Below are positions 24,831-39,100 of a stretch of DNA of 64,000 nt, in pieces (position 1 is the stretch's first letter; every line of letters begins with the position of its first letter). This DNA is from Raillietiella orientalis (lineage: Eukaryota). The stretch spans positions 2,604,001-2,668,000 of the forward strand of contig JAYWIR010000020.1 of NCBI GenBank assembly GCA_036172245.1, written 5' to 3'. The notes under the pieces are model-generated. The model was not told where the DNA came from. It saw nothing but the letters and a program-made list of their open reading frames with translations, and did not search any database. The translations under genes and the position numbers were made by a program.

Positions 24831-27479
24831 GGAAGAATTTCCAAACATCCTTCCTTGTAACATGTTACCTAATTGTAAGCCAAGCTCAGTGAAAATCAAG
24901 AGGTGTGGGAATCATGCGACTTCATCGTCATTTTTGTACTTAAAATGGAGTTCTTTGAATCCTATCATTTAATCGGCATTTTTTCTTTGAGTTGAAAATG
25001 ACAACTCTTGAAAACATCGGCATTTGTTCAAGCAGTAGATTTTTTTACATGCAGTTGATTCTTATTTGCTTACGTGGCGCTGCAAAGAATTATTGGAACT
25101 GTGCAAATTTCGTCCAGTGCGTTAGCAGCCAATAAGAACAATGTTTGTTCGAAATAGGTTCCAGGGCCTACGTAACATCCTCATCAGTGAGTTAGATGGA
25201 TTCTAACAAGAGTGGTTCTCGATACATCAGAATCCTGAACTGTTCTGTGATCGTGGATAGAGTACATTCTATTCATTTCTTGCCCTTTCTAAAGTCGTGT
25301 TGACTGATGTTCATGTCTTCCCTGCCCTCTTCCTGTTCGAAGGTATCCAACTAAAAATTGCCAACTGGAATATGATTCACCAAATTAGTATTGAAAACAT
25401 GATGAATTTCTTGCATTAGAAGTTATAAAAATAACATGCCTTTTCTTCATCGTCTTTCTCCATATTATGTAGATTGGCTTCCATCATTGGAAGATCCCAT
25501 TTTTGTACCTTTTTCTTCTTATCGAGTGACCTGTGAGGTTTGCTGTCCTTGAAGTCAATAAACACATTTATCAAAAGAACGTGGATTTGTTTCGGTCACT
25601 ATATTTTCATTGCAGCTAAAATATTCACACTTAGAAAATATGTGCTAATGTCGGTGGATTTGGAGACGGTTGGTGCATTTTCTTTTTGATTTATTGCCTT
25701 TTTAACAGTTTTTTTTTATTCTTCTAAGTAAAATATCCGATTCGAGTCAGTATCTCATTTTTGTACATAATTTATTAGAAACTAGGATTTTGCATACTGT
25801 ATCTTGAAAGCATCAATGCGAGTTCGTTATGGTACATTCGAAATTCAGAGTCTGTTCTTGTATGGGTTTGATCTCACATCTCTTTTTTCTTTTTTTTTTT
25901 AAAAAAAAAAAAGGAACAGAGATCGGGAAGATCTAAGATCGGCCGTAAACACTAATATGTACATTGCATATACGATTAAGAATGTACAACTCCGGTAGCC
26001 ATCAAACAACTTTGTTGTCAGACAGATTTGAGCGATCTCTTGGTTTCAGTGATCCCCCACCATGAAGGGATCGGACAAACTTGCTCTCTTGTTCTCGGGA
26101 CGTGTCCTCATAAAGTAACGGTCTCCAAAGTCTTCACGAAATTCTTAAGCGAAAAGCGCGCGGCTGCTCGCAAACCTGGTCACTTGGTACGCTTTTCGCC
26201 GGAGGCAGTGAACTCTTTGAAACCTTCCCCCTTCGAGAAGCACCACAGAAGCACACGCGTACTCAATGGGAAGTTCGACTCGGAATGGCTTCATTTGGGG
26301 AAGTTTTCATTTTTGTTGATGTGTCGTTGTCGAGTTGAATGATTCTACAACTATATTCCAGAGTGATTTCCGACTTGAAAATTCTGGAACGATCCGAAAG
26401 ACGAGAGAATGTAAACACATATTCAGCATTCATGTTTGTTTTTTTTCTTTTCTTCCAGGTTGAAACCGTATGTAGCAAAACACATCTGATGCAACCTCCA
26501 CCCATTGTGTTTGTAACTACCTGCTTCTCTAGGTAAACATGATGTCTGTCGATAGCAGACCAAAATGATAATAATAATCCGTATAGCTTGCAACCTCTTC
26601 AGCTGATCCTCCCAGAGGGAGATGATCTAGGAAAATAGCTTTCGTTGCAAAATTCACCACGGACTGCAGACAAACCAACCCACATGCTCGATTCAGATGT
26701 TCTGCTTCACGCCTTGGTCCAAAGAGGCCCTGAAAAAGACATTTTCCCCAGTTCGATGATGCAATCCTTCTGAATAAATTCTTTGAAGTAATAATCACTT
26801 ATGCAGCCGTTGAGGGATTTCCGTCTTAGGCATCACTTGTCATATGTGAAAGGAGTCACATTTTCACCTAATCAACCCAAATCAATTCCGATCGTTAGTG
26901 ATTAACGATCAGCACATCTTTCCATCATTCACGGAATGTTGACGTCAAAGGGGGAAAGGAAAGGCCAATCGTTTGCTTCCCACAAAAGTGATGTGAAACT
27001 AATCGAATTTTTCCCCGAGTCGGAATGCATGCAGTGCTTCTGATGTTGGTATCCAAGCTACCCTAAAAAGTCAATTTCCACCATACTGAGCGTGATGGTA
27101 GGCATCCAGCACTTACTTCCCTATGCTGAAAGGAAAACGTTCGCTCCGTGGTATGTCGATTACGTTGCACGCGATCAGTATGTCGGTTATGGGGTGTACG
27201 AGACAGGACGAGGCAGAATCCACGTCAGCAACCCTGCTCATTTCCAGCACGTCGCGCTGGAAACGAGATGAGTTGCAACCCAGCGGTCAACCCAAATGGT
27301 CTCATGGAGATTCCAGTGGTCCTTCTAAGAACCTGATACTTTGGATAAGTGCCTATTTGATTTCTTTCTCTTTGATAGAAATGCAAGATTCGAACAAACA
27401 CAGTGACAAGAAATACGAATCCCAACTGGAATACTTCTGTTGCCTTCCTCTTCTTCCCCCTTTTTTTTGTTTGCCCATC

Positions 27480-28690
27480 CCCTTATTCGCTTACTCAATT
27501 TAAGCGAATAAGGAAAGCCCTATGGGCGCTGCAAGGGTCCCGGGTTCTCCTGGAAGACTTGGTGGTGCCCAGCCAGAATGCTGGCCTGGGCATATTGGCT
27601 CTTGTCAAGATCAAACTACAAGCGCAACTCTGTCAACTGGAAGTCTGCGCCAAGTTGTGGACTTCGTGAAAGCGAAGGATTTCTTGCTTTGCTGCTGCAC
27701 AGACGGCGATAGGATGACTGGAGTTGGCTACCCCCTGAGGCATCTGTCCTCGTGCTGGAAGTCCACCCGTAAATCTCTTGCCACCCACCCCACCCCCTAA
27801 ACTGAAACGCCCGACAGCAGATAGTACCGGAGTCCTGGATCGCCACTCTGGAAGTGCGCCCAGAGGAACTTCGTCGCGGCTTCCGCAGCGCCGCTGGGAG
27901 ATAGCTCACAGGACTGCACGCAGTGGTCCCGGATAGCCTTCACAGTCCTAGCCGCAGCACTGCCTGCTCTCAGGGGAGGAAACGACGACATCGGCCAACT
28001 TGCCGGGTGAGAGTTGCCTTGCAACACTGCAGGAGTCGAGGGACTCCTCGGTGGCTGCAAGACAGAATGACGACGCTGCCCGTTTCCGGGCAAAAGGACT
28101 CCCTCGGTAGAGCGACCTGCTCAGCGTGACCTCGGAAGAAACCGTGGTCTCTCCTCTGTGTACAAACACTTTAGCATTCCTGTTAAGATGGACAAGGGAT
28201 GAGAACCGAATGTCTGAACTGACTGTACCGGGATTCCAGCGCCATCGGAGAAGGAACGGGCTGGTTTCCAGGGAAGACGCATCCCCAGACCGTTCCAGAC
28301 CTCTTGTTGGACTTCGGTGGCCTGGAGGACATGTAGCAAACCGCCTATCCTTGACGGTCCGCCACCCTAAGGCCATCGGAGGACATCTCTGCCACGGAGA
28401 TTCTTCACTCAAAGCGGGCTGACGGCAGGCGCCGTGATCGCGACGAGATGCAGCATCTCGTCGCACTCTGTGTGATGGACCCCTTGTTCTCAGCAAAGAG
28501 AAGCCATCCGAATGGCCCAGCCGCCTTGTTGAATACGGCTGCGAGGCGCCTCGCCTGCAAGAAGAAGTCGCCAGGGAGATTGCCAGCGTTCAGAGCCAAC
28601 TCTAGAAAGAAGGAAGCAACTGAAACCGACTTTTTTTTTTTTTTACACATTGTCCGCTTCCTCCCGCTCCTGACTTCCTTAGAAGCCAGC
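27480..28690 (+). mobile_element. Degenerate L1/Tx1-like LINE C-terminal relic
   Basis: ALWALQGSRVLLEDLVVPSQNAGLGI resembles FLW..V..L..P..GGLG. Later EMQHLVALC resembles zf-RVT ETxxHLxxxC. Confidence 0.55.
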
Positions 28691-28949
28691 TTGCGTGCAG
28701 GTGGAAATTCTCCATGAACTTCTTTTTGTGTGTGTGGCTGTTGTCTTGTACCTGTAATCAGGAAACACTGTCCCCTGATTTGTGGCTCATTTATTTTTAA
28801 ATAAAGGACCCAGCGTAGGCGCGAGCTAATGGAAATGCAAATTTGCGATTTTAAAAAAGTTTTGCACTGTGGCACTCTTCCTGTTTTCATTTCACACATG
28901 AGGAATATGTATTTTGTCATAGTAGCAGTAGTCACTCCACATGGTTTCC

Positions 28950-31350
28950 CACACATGAGTAGGAATGACGATCGAAGATGACGCTGAAGGCCTTCGAAAA
29001 TTCAGAACTTTGCAGAAACGTCTTGGGAGTTCTGCGTCAAATCGGGGCTGCCGACTGGCGAGCCTCAGCATCAGATGTGTGCGGAGATAATGAATCAGAT
29101 AAGTCCGAATCCGTCAGGAACTTCTCAGAATCGACAGACGGACGCACATCGAATGCACACCTCGCATAATGAGACTCGTGGAGATTCCTCGAGAAGTCTG
29201 CGGCATCAAAAATTTGGAGTGCAGAAGGAAAAAAATTCCCCAAGTGGCAAATCGGATTTGCAGTCTGCGCGGATAAGCTGATCTTGACGCGAGCATCATC
29301 CGATTCGGTAACAGAACGGTACAGACGTGTGGGAATTTCATCCGTGGACTGCCACGGAGTGGATGTCTGAAAAACGTAGTTTCCATTGCTGCAGGGAAAA
29401 TGCAGGCGCAAGAAGAACGTGGTGGACGGTTTGAGAATGTGCCAGAGATGAGCTTCCATACAGCAGTCCGATGGGAAACACGGACCTTTCTGGCACTCTG
29501 AAAGTCAGAAATTAGATCAAGGCGCGCCCGGATTTTTGAAATTAAAATATCGCAATACGGTATCATAATTTTATTTTATTTTTTTCCCTCCTTGATAGCG
29601 ACTTCTCTCTAAATGACGGAGTGCAGGAGGAAACCTGTTGCTTTGCTCGGCGCTCAATCCGATCTCCCTCGGCGACCAAACGGATGGATGCAGAATTTCG
29701 CAGGCCTGGCGTAATGCAAAAATTTCGCCGTCCGTTGAATAAAAATCTCGGGAAGAACCGTCGGGAGTTTCCGTTCCAAGCATGGGATGCTGCTTGATTG
29801 GATGGCCTCTTTGCGATGCTGAAACGTTTCCACTTCGAAGTGGGAACGATCGATCGTGCTCGTCCCATCATCATGAAACCCACCTTGGTTTCATCTCGAT
29901 GAAATGTCTGTTTGATCGATCTCATCCCATCTGGAATCGAGACATCTTAGTTTCCAGACGGCACAGCATTCTGTGGAGGGATCTTCGTGATGTATCAGTC
30001 CCTTGCGGTGTTTTTCGTGCGCTTTTGGCGGAACTTGATTGGAGCAGACAGGAAAGGAACAGGCTGGAAAAAAGGATTCCTCTATGGAAACAGAGCTATG
30101 AAGCAGGCACAGCCTCGTTTCATCTGCTCTCGCCGCACAGCTGAAAATCGGATGAGTATCAGAGCCGTGGTTGTTCCGTGAAAGAAAGAGAACGTCGACA
30201 CCATGCATGGGCAAGATCTTCCTGGACGGCACATGTTATGCATCTTGAGATTTATGATGCGCTCGCACTTGCCAGGCAGAACGAGTGAGCAGTTTTCATC
30301 AATTCCTGTTCTCATATGAAGGTATCTTTTCAAGACGTCGTCTGAGCCGCTGCTTGAGAAGAGTACCAAGTCACATGGCACATGATGCGATCAGATACTC
30401 TGAATCAATTAGAATGAATGCGCTCTTGAATTCCATCTTTTCAGACGGAAAAAAAGGTTACTTCGCTCTTCACGAGTGAGAATCGGGCATTTCATGCATG
30501 CGAATTCGGCGGTTTCTTTCCCAGCCTGGCGGTTTTGAAAGAACTCGGATGTCGGATCCTGGATGCAGGTGCAGAACTCTGCAACATTCCTGAATAGGCG
30601 GCAAGTTGAAATGCAAAGCGAGTGTACACGCGCATGTTGCTGGTCACTTCGTGTCGCTTCGTTCAATGCATGCTGCCATTCCTGCTAAATCCACATCCTC
30701 CGCCGAGGTTCGCTGTGAGAATGGGCATGTCATCTTCTTCACAGCAACCAAGTCCTTTTGAAGTTTCGTTCCTGAAGTGAGTACATGACCTGAAGCACGT
30801 GCCGAAGAATGTTTCGTGGAAATGCTCCGTCTGTCATCGGAAAGTCCATGAAGAAGCCATTTTTGCATGGTACCATTGCATTTCTCCTAAATGCCAATGT
30901 AATTCAGCTGCGACGAACTCGTGCCGTAGCGAGAGCATGCAACCCACTTGGTTTTTCCATGTGACGTAGAAAATCGTAGTCATGGGGCAAAGGTAACCTG
31001 GCTTTGCTGTAGGTGTCTCCCAATCAGGTCAGCTGCATGCCTGGTTCCACGTGCTACTGCATTCTGTAGACTTATTTTTGCACTGCTATGACAGACGTCC
31101 ATTCAAACTGTTCCAATAGAACACTCAAAAAAAAAAAAAAAAAATGGACGCCGTGGGCTTTTTTAGACAATAGATGTCGGACACCCTCGCATACGTTCCC
31201 GTTAAAATTCCACGCCCTCAGTTCGATTTTTTGGACGAAGAGCGCTAAAGGTGCACACCATACCAAAGGAGGTATGGAAACCCAGTGCTCTGCGGACACG
31301 TGCGTTGGGTAGTTGTGGAAAAACTGCCGTGTGTGCCATTCTCCCGAAGA
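28950..31350 (+). mobile_element. Old piggyBac-like transposase relic; no TIRs found
   Basis: Acidic N-terminus (SDVCGDNESDKSES), WPLCDAETF (~WxLCDxxT), DTMH (~LSTMH), and a Cys/His-rich end (METQCSADTCVG*LWKNCRVCH), in the expected order. Confidence 0.4.
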
Positions 31351-31886
31351 AGGAAGAAAAGAGCAATTTCCAAAGTAATCTTTCATAATTTCAAAGATAC
31401 TGAGAATGGAAATTCATACTGAAGGTTTGGCTCGTGGTGGTTGCATCCGTGGAAAGAAAGTTTGGGTTGCCGAGTCTATCGCAAGAAATCAAATGACGAA
31501 AGATTCGATGATAATGAGGAGCAGTGAGCTTGCAAGACGTTCAGTCCTCTTCGCTTAATTTTCTCTTGCAAAGAGCTCTGCGTGAAACGGTAATTTTTCC
31601 GGATTTGTTTGCATTGAGCTAAGAATGCTTTAAATATGTTATGATTAAAGTGTTGATTGCATTGTGCGTAAGTAAATAAAGCTCATTCGATATCCTGAGC
31701 TTGAAACGCATTATGATCATTCGCCGATCAGAATATTCTAGATGGCCGATCGGGAAGAAAAAAAAACGTGCCGTTGTAACTTTCATGTTAATTTTATGAG
31801 ATGGATGAATGAACCCGCGAGGGTGTCATGAACTTGGAATATGGTTGAAGATGTTTGTTTCGGCGCAAAATGCAGACCAGACTGAC

Positions 31887-32047
31887 CATGGATTTAATTC
31901 CACTGAGTAATCTTGATCAAATGAGCCGAAACTTGAGCGCCGCTGCACAGTATTGGACGAGTTGGTTTGGAAATCCACGGAATTCAAAAGATCCATTCGG
32001 TAGGATCCATCCAGCAAATTCATCCAGTGAAACCCGAAATCAGGAGG
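31887..32047 (-). CDS. Candidate exon of an unidentified minus-strand gene
   Basis: GACAG acceptor and GTCAGT donor; open frame PPDFGFHWMNLLDGSYRMDLLNSVDFQTNSSNTVQRRSSFGSFDQDYSVELNP. Confidence 0.3.
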
Positions 32048-32954
32048 CTGTCACGTCACACATCATGAGACACATGCCCCCATGTGCCGCCTGATGCAAC
32101 TTAGAGGTGGTATGATAACTAGGTATGGGTGTGTGTGTGTGTTTTGCTTACGAGTAGGCACGAAAACGTTTCTTTGTGGAGAAAGATAAAGAACTGATGC
32201 AGCACAATCGGAGCTCTCGGGATGCTTGCAAAATCTCTATGTCATTCGGTTCTTGTAGATTCCGTGGAAGCTCACGAGAAACATTTCCATTTCTCAGCAT
32301 CACCTGGAAATGAAACGAATACGTTCTTTACAAGTGTGGGAATCCCCAAATCACATGAAGTGCCTGCGAGATTTTTGGAATGCATTTCGTTTCAAGATAA
32401 GCAAAACAGCATCGTCGTGATAGGGACGATGTTTGCGTTTACTATCTGTAGATAGTGCAACGCTATGCAAGCCCTTCCTAAACGACGGGATTTAAATAAT
32501 AAATGTAGTAAATTACATATATGGCATGAAGTAAATGCCTTTTCGCTCTTGATTGACCTTTTCCTCACACAAATGTAATATACTTATGGGAGATTCTTTT
32601 TTTTTTTTTTTTAATTCTATTCTCAAGAGCAAGTGTAAACTATGGACAATGATGTAGATGGACTTTTTCTTCTTTTCCTGTTTTTTTCCTGCCTTCCTTA
32701 TATTCCAAAATTTCATGTATCCAACGACTTCATATGCAGTTCCATTATACCCTCATGAATTGTGGAAAAATCAGGAAAAAATTTGCAAATCATAAAAACT
32801 CAGTTGCGCTAATCGTTGGCACAATTACTGACAAATGTAGGTCACGGGCTGCTTAAATTCAGCTGAGCTGCAAAAGAATGCGTTGCCTACTCATTCTCCT
32901 GCAAGTGCTCACATAACAAATGAAAAGAACTCAACTGGCTTAGCTGCCGGTCAC

Positions 32955-34212
32955 TTTTGGAACTTGATGCTTCCACCGAACGCATCGATACACCCACCAC
33001 GACGCGCACGATAAGTGGTCAAGAGAGCCACCGGCTGTGTGGGACCGTTTTCGTTGCTGGCGCGGCGGCGCAGACGCAACGTGCCCAGCTGCGGACCGGA
33101 GCTCCGGCTAGTGGTCACGCTGACCAGAGAGAACATCTGGATTTCCTGCCCGCCAGCGAACGGTAGTGCCTAGTTGCAGGAAGCCGTTCGCACGTGGACC
33201 CAGAAGAACGAATCGAGCACGGAGATGAGGCAGCGCCTGCTGCACTCCTTCTACAACAGGCGCTCCCTGCAGGACGTCATCGTGCAGCCCACCACGTGTG
33301 CGTGGACGGGAAGAATCTCCCTAGCTGCGGCACTGCCCTCCCTCAGGGAGCTCCTGGGCAGTAACCAGCTCGCCACATGGGAGTTCTGCTGTCAAATAAG
33401 TCCCAGGACGAAGAAATTAGGTGGATGGACCACGGACCAGCTCACGGACTCTGCGACCCCGAGCGCCCCATTGAGGTGATTATTGCGATGAGGTGAGCTG
33501 CTGGGAATCTCACAGGAAGACCTCGAGTGGCCCCAGCTCTGAAGAACAGCATGGACATACCCCTGAAGTGGCAGGAGTCGCTCTTGTACTGGGATCTCCC
33601 GTGCAACGCCCTCCTCTCTCACTGGACCCGGAGGGATGTGGACCCCAACTGTTGCAGGTGCGGGGAACGGGGATCCCTCCCGCACCTGCTTATAGACTGT
33701 GTTGCCATCCGGCCCCTTTGGTTGCGTTACGCGACGGCCCTTGGTGCATCGACGGACAATCCCAGGCACGTGATGAAGCACCTCTTCTTGCGCGATGTCC
33801 TTTCGCCTGCCGCATTCCCAGCAGCTCTTACGCGGGATTGCAGCTGCCTGGAGCTACACGAGAGGAGGATAGGGACTGCATCTGCTTTGCCCTGAGCTCC
33901 ATGAGGACGGCAGCTAGATGACCCCATCTGAAACATACTCAAATGGAACTTGCCGGCATCCTGGAAAGGATGCAGAAGATGCCCTCCAATAGACATTGAT
34001 CCCTTCCCTAACTCTCCCAATTTTTGTATGTATTTTTTTGTTTTATTTTTTTTTGTTGTTGTCCCCTTCCCGTCCGCTGACGAAGCGAACCTCGCCGGCC
34101 TGCGTGCCGGCCACTTGGCAGGTTCCGAGCATCTTCTGACTATGTAGGGCCGATGGCCCTACACATGTGTCTTTATTCTTTATAGTAAACGTCCTGGCGA
34201 TACCGGGTGATC
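32955..34212 (+). mobile_element. 5'-truncated L1/Tx1-like LINE 3' end, family L, copy 2
   Basis: ORF 33527..33895 has PLKWQESLLYWDLPCNALLSHW..CCRCGERGSLPHLLIDC (zf-RVT). The 3'UTR is homologous to the other two copies. Confidence 0.82.
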
Positions 34213-35635
34213 ACCACAACGCGTATCCAAGATACCATGGAAACTCCTCAAGTATTTCTTATGTACTGAGGAAAGCATATGATTAGAATAGTAGTTTTAA
34301 ATGGAGCCTCTTCGTATCAAGTGTTTAGCTAAGCCAGTGTGTGGGTTCGCTAACCTGGTAATAAAAGAAGGAATTCTAAGGATGAAGAAATTAAAAAAAA
34401 AAAAAAAAAAATGAAAGAAACTCTCATTGAGATCAATGGCGCGTTCTCATTTGTCCGCAGCGCTCAGGATGCTGTCTGTTGGGTTACAGATCCCCTATTT
34501 ACCATCTTGGAACATTCGTTTTGCTGTACTGATGTGTGCCCCTGTCCCTTTGCCATCACAAAATCAGGCATCTCCACTTGGTGTACACATCAGCGGTGGT
34601 TCTGGAACACGTAAACTCTAAAAGTACGCACATCCGAAACAGTTTTATTTGACTTCAGACTCAGGTGCGGCGGTTGTAGTTAACGAAGAACACTTGTGGT
34701 GCATGAAACACGGATGAAATCATCAACCTACTCGGCATCCTAATCGTGATGCGTGATGAGTTGTGAACTAAGACCTTCTCCGTCTCATTCACAGGACGGT
34801 TTTCTTCTGATTCAGGCGAGATCTGCTCGACGGCGAGCAAGAAGAACAAGATCACCTGAAAAGATAACAAAGAAATGTTAAAAGCTCATAGAAATTTCCT
34901 TCCGCGAAAGGGATTGAGCTTCCTGGAAGTGCACGTGTTGCTCTCCGTTTTGCCTCGTTTCAATGTGGAATGCATTTGTAAGCCACTTCTGCGCGACCTC
35001 CTGTACCATGCAGCGGGAGAGGGGTCATGGTGCCTGTGGATCCATTCGTTTGACACAATTCAAATTCGGATTAAAATTGCGTTAAGGATGGATTCTATTC
35101 GTGAACCTTGCACGGTTAATAAATAGGGAAGATTGATGATTCAAAAAGCAGATGGACTTGCAATGGAGTCCTGAATCCTAAAAAATTCCTCTTCTTTCTG
35201 TCTTTACTTTTTTTTTTTTTTTCTACAAGAACAAGGATCTTGCAAATGTGAATTACTTGAAAATGCCACAAGATTGGATATAGATTATGCTGATGCTAAT
35301 CAAAGGAGTAACGTGCTAATTTGAAAAACGAGAAAAGACTGCTGTTCCAAATAAAAAAACCTGGTTCCGTGTTTGTAGGGAAGTATGAAGCTCAAACTTG
35401 AGGAGGGCAGCAGCGCGATTTCTACTCTTAGCAAATCAGCAACTGATGTACGGCCACAGACAATACTAAGCTCCTCTGTAAGATAGGAATGAAGGAAGAT
35501 TCATCCATTACGAATGCCTGATTATCTCATGAAACACCTGTGTGCACACGGTAGCCTTGAACGTAATACATGAGGCATCAAGTCATGTGTAACATATGGA
35601 TCGAATTTTCACATATCCACCAGTTTGAAGCTTAC

Positions 35636-35845
35636 GAATAGGGCTTCGTGTGATACTCCTCCTGGCTACAGCACGTTCCATCTCCAATGTGGTCGTGCTC
35701 TTTGAATAAAATCGAGTTCCAAGAAGTGGTTGATCTCTGCGGGAGCATCAACCGGTGAGCCTTCGATCCTCTAATCGGTCTGTGTAAAGAGACGGCTGCC
35801 TTGCGCGGAAATGCTGTTAAGGAAACGAACGATGCAACTTTCAAG
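35636..35845 (-). other. Candidate spliced exon (5'UTR or coding), minus strand
   Basis: T-rich tract followed by AACAG acceptor at 35846, GTAAGC donor at 35635; 210 nt; lies downstream of the island and TATA box. Confidence 0.35.
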
Positions 35846-36199
35846 CTGTTTTTTTTAAAAAAAAAAAAATAAAGGAAAATGAGAGACAAGCAAACAGGTT
35901 GTCATCAGGACCTGATTTTCCTTCTTGTGGATGTCGGACAGAGCAAGCGTTTATAAAATGATTACTCTCTGTGGATGGATGGGCAGCTATTTATTCGGAC
36001 CGAGTGCGGGAATCCTCGTTTGAATGAGAAAGTGGAACTGAACACGTGACTTGCGTTTTTTTTTGTGTGTGTGTGTGTGTGTTTTTGGCCACACTATCAC
36101 GGCTGACTGCTTGGTGCGTTGCTGCAAGCACACGCAGGTTGACAAATACGCAGTCAGCAAATGTAAACCACGCGCACCTCGATGGACGTTCCTGATGTG

Positions 36200-39100
36200 A
36201 GCGTGGTGGGCGTCATCATCCGTGAGACGGGGATGCGCTCTCCGTTTTCGTCACTTCAGACGCACCCACGAACGCAACCGTGTTTTTTTTTTTTTTTTTT
36301 TTTTTTTTTTTCTGGGTTCATACCGACTATTTTGAAGGGGGAGGAGGAGGGAGGGGACTGCAACGTCCACGAAGACGGATTTTATGAAATGTGATCGTGT
36401 TGTGAAGAATCACGTCGTGAAAAAGTTCCGGCAAAAAAAAACAACAGTTTGGATGCTGGAGGCATTGCACCTTCCCTCCTTCCACAGAGGCGAACGTTTC
36501 TGAAAATTTCGCGGCGGTACTTGTAGAAACGCGCGGCTGGAAGAAACGCAAAGCAATGCTAAAGGAAGAAAGAAGAAGAAAAAGAGTTTGTTCGCGAAAA
36601 CACCGTTTCTTGGTCACCTCAGCTTCGTTTCCCGCAGATCTCTTCAAACAGAAACGCGGCAGCTGCCTTTCAAACTTTATGAAGCCGCGGCGCCTTTGAA
36701 ACGAGGCGACTTCGCCCTCAACTTTCCCGTTCCCGACTGCGAAAAGCAGGTCATCCGATGAGATGTCAAGAGAGCTCTCGGTGCGCTCGCCGTTTCGTTC
36801 GGCGCTGACCGAAGAACGATCTTTGCAAACGGGGTTGAAACATGGTCCACCGCGAAGCCGAAACGGTGGACCTCGGTGTCCCGCTTTTCGCTGGAAAGAA
36901 GGTTGTTCGGAGCTTGCGTTTGTCTTCGTCGTGCTTTCCCCCAGGAACTTCGTGGGTGCGTTTCCTGCTCGGACGCGCGACCTTCGTACGAACTTCCCCC
37001 CAAAAGCGCGAGTCGTCCGCCGCAGCATCGAATTGGCTGGTTTCGTTGCCGTGCAGCACCGCCGGGAAGCTGGGATGGGACCGACTTTGAAGAGGGGAAA
37101 AAGAAAGGATTGCCACGTGCACGAAAGCGGGGAACTGCTTGGAGAAGAATGCGATCTTCGCTCGGATCCATCGCAAAGACCAGAGTGTTGAGGCCACCCG
37201 ATTCTTTTTTTTTTTTCTTTTGAGAAGCGAAAGGAAGAAACCGTAAGAGAGGTCTCCCCGAAGAGACTCCGGTATTTCCAAAAAAAAAAAGAAAGAAAGA
37301 AAAAGTCAAAACATCCGAACCTCTGAAAACATCTGAATGGAAGACAAAGGAAACAAAGGACGAGGAAAGGCAACCTTCCGCGCTGCAGAACGGATGCAGT
37401 CCATTGTGGAAGGAATGTCCATCCTAGTTGCGCTGTCATTCTCTCCGTTGTTTATTCCGATCGTTTTGCAATCAGCCGATCTGTTGATCATCATCGACAA
37501 GAGAATTTCACAAGGGGGGTGTTTACCTCCTCCGGTGCTCGCTGCGACGGAGGAGCGAAACTGGAGTAAGAACCGCCGCCGTGTCTTTTCGCCGCGAAGG
37601 AATGGCCGCAGGTGCGCAGTAAACCGCGTCCGCCGTGCCCATCGCCGGCAGGACTCCGCAGCGGACGAGTCCAGCGGCCTGCGGTGGGGCAGCGAAACAA
37701 CCGGGAGAAGGGGAAAAAACACCACGAGCGCTACCGGCGTGCATGGGAGGGGTCGCGTGCGACAGCTTACCAGTTGTGGCTTCATCCTTCCCTTAATTAA
37801 CACCTTCAGTAGTGGATTCTCCTGTGTGGAGCAGCACGATTCATCGGCGATTACATAACGCCATCCTTTCAAAAAATGGCAGAAAGAAATGATGTCTTCT
37901 CCTACTGACCAACAGGTGATGGAGATGGTTTCGCTATCGCCCCGGGGGCTTTGCAGCATGACGAGGAAGACATAAATATGTTCGAGGCAGGCTGGGAGAG
38001 ACTGCGATCGCAAGAAACGCGGACGACCGGCACGGAAGAAAGTAAAAGGCGAGCCATTTCTCTCCTCTTTTCCCCCCATGGATGGATACTCCCCAAAGCC
38101 ACGCAAATCGGGAAGCAGCCGCGGGACTCGTCCTTTGCACCGGATGGCCGAGATGAAACCTGGAGAGGAATCCGTCCGGAGCTTGGCTCCAGGAAGGTAC
38201 CCCCCTCCCGTTGTCAGCGTGGAGAGCGTGGAGAGAGGAGTCGTGATCTGCCTCCGACCAGTGGGACACAAGCGGTTGCTAGGTTTCCTCAGGAGAGGTT
38301 CGAGGCGGCCGACCCGCTTAAGCAGCGCCTGCTTTCTCACCAGAGGCCCTGCTCCCGGCTCTTAAGAGGACAGAGATGTGCAGAAATCAGCAACGCAGTT
38401 GGGCACCGCACCTATCCTCCTGGGAGGAGGGATGGGATTACCCTAGAATCACGCAGCATCTCTCCCTCCTCGCCAGCACCTCTTTATAGCGCCGGGATCA
38501 GGCGAACACTCTCTCTCTTTCGAAAAAAAAAATGAGCAAGAAAAATCCTGTTGCTTCTTGCGAAGGAGGGGCTAGAAAAAAACCGGACGAAGTTGCTACG
38601 TTTTTTTCCCGGAGGGCTACTTCGGCGAAGGACGTCTAGCGCGCGCCGCGTGTTTCTGCGCGCGGGCTCTCAGCGAGATTTTGAGGCGCCCTCTCCCGAC
38701 CTTTCAGGCTATCTCGGTTAATAAGTGGTGCCTTCCGCAAGCTCGCGCTGCACTCTCGGACGCGGAGGGGGGGAAGACCCGCCGCTCGCACTGCAGCGTG
38801 GTTTCCCGGCTCCCGATCGTCTGCAGCCGAAGCATTCCGGTCGAATGATGCAAGACATAAAGGGAAAGCATCCGATTGGAAGAGGGGCATTCAACTTCCG
38901 AAAGCCTTTACAGCGAGTGAGGTGCTCGGTGCTCCCTTTTCTCCTGGAGCTTTTGGAAACCTCCAGGGAACGCGATGGAAACGAGTCGTCCAGAAAGTGG
39001 CGGCGCAGCCGTCCTCCGTCCTCGGTACCGTCTCGTGCACCCGAGGGAGAACGCGGAGAGGGAGGGGGAAGAAAGAAAAATACCTGCTGCCTCCGCGGAA

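Noticed and set aside
36327..38340. Longest ORFs (370 aa at 36327..37439 and 344 aa at 37306..38340, minus strand)
   Set aside because: They lie in the GC-rich island, are Arg/Ser/Pro-rich, and show no domain. The first runs through homopolymer tracts. Several overlapping frames are equally open, so they are probably chance ORFs.
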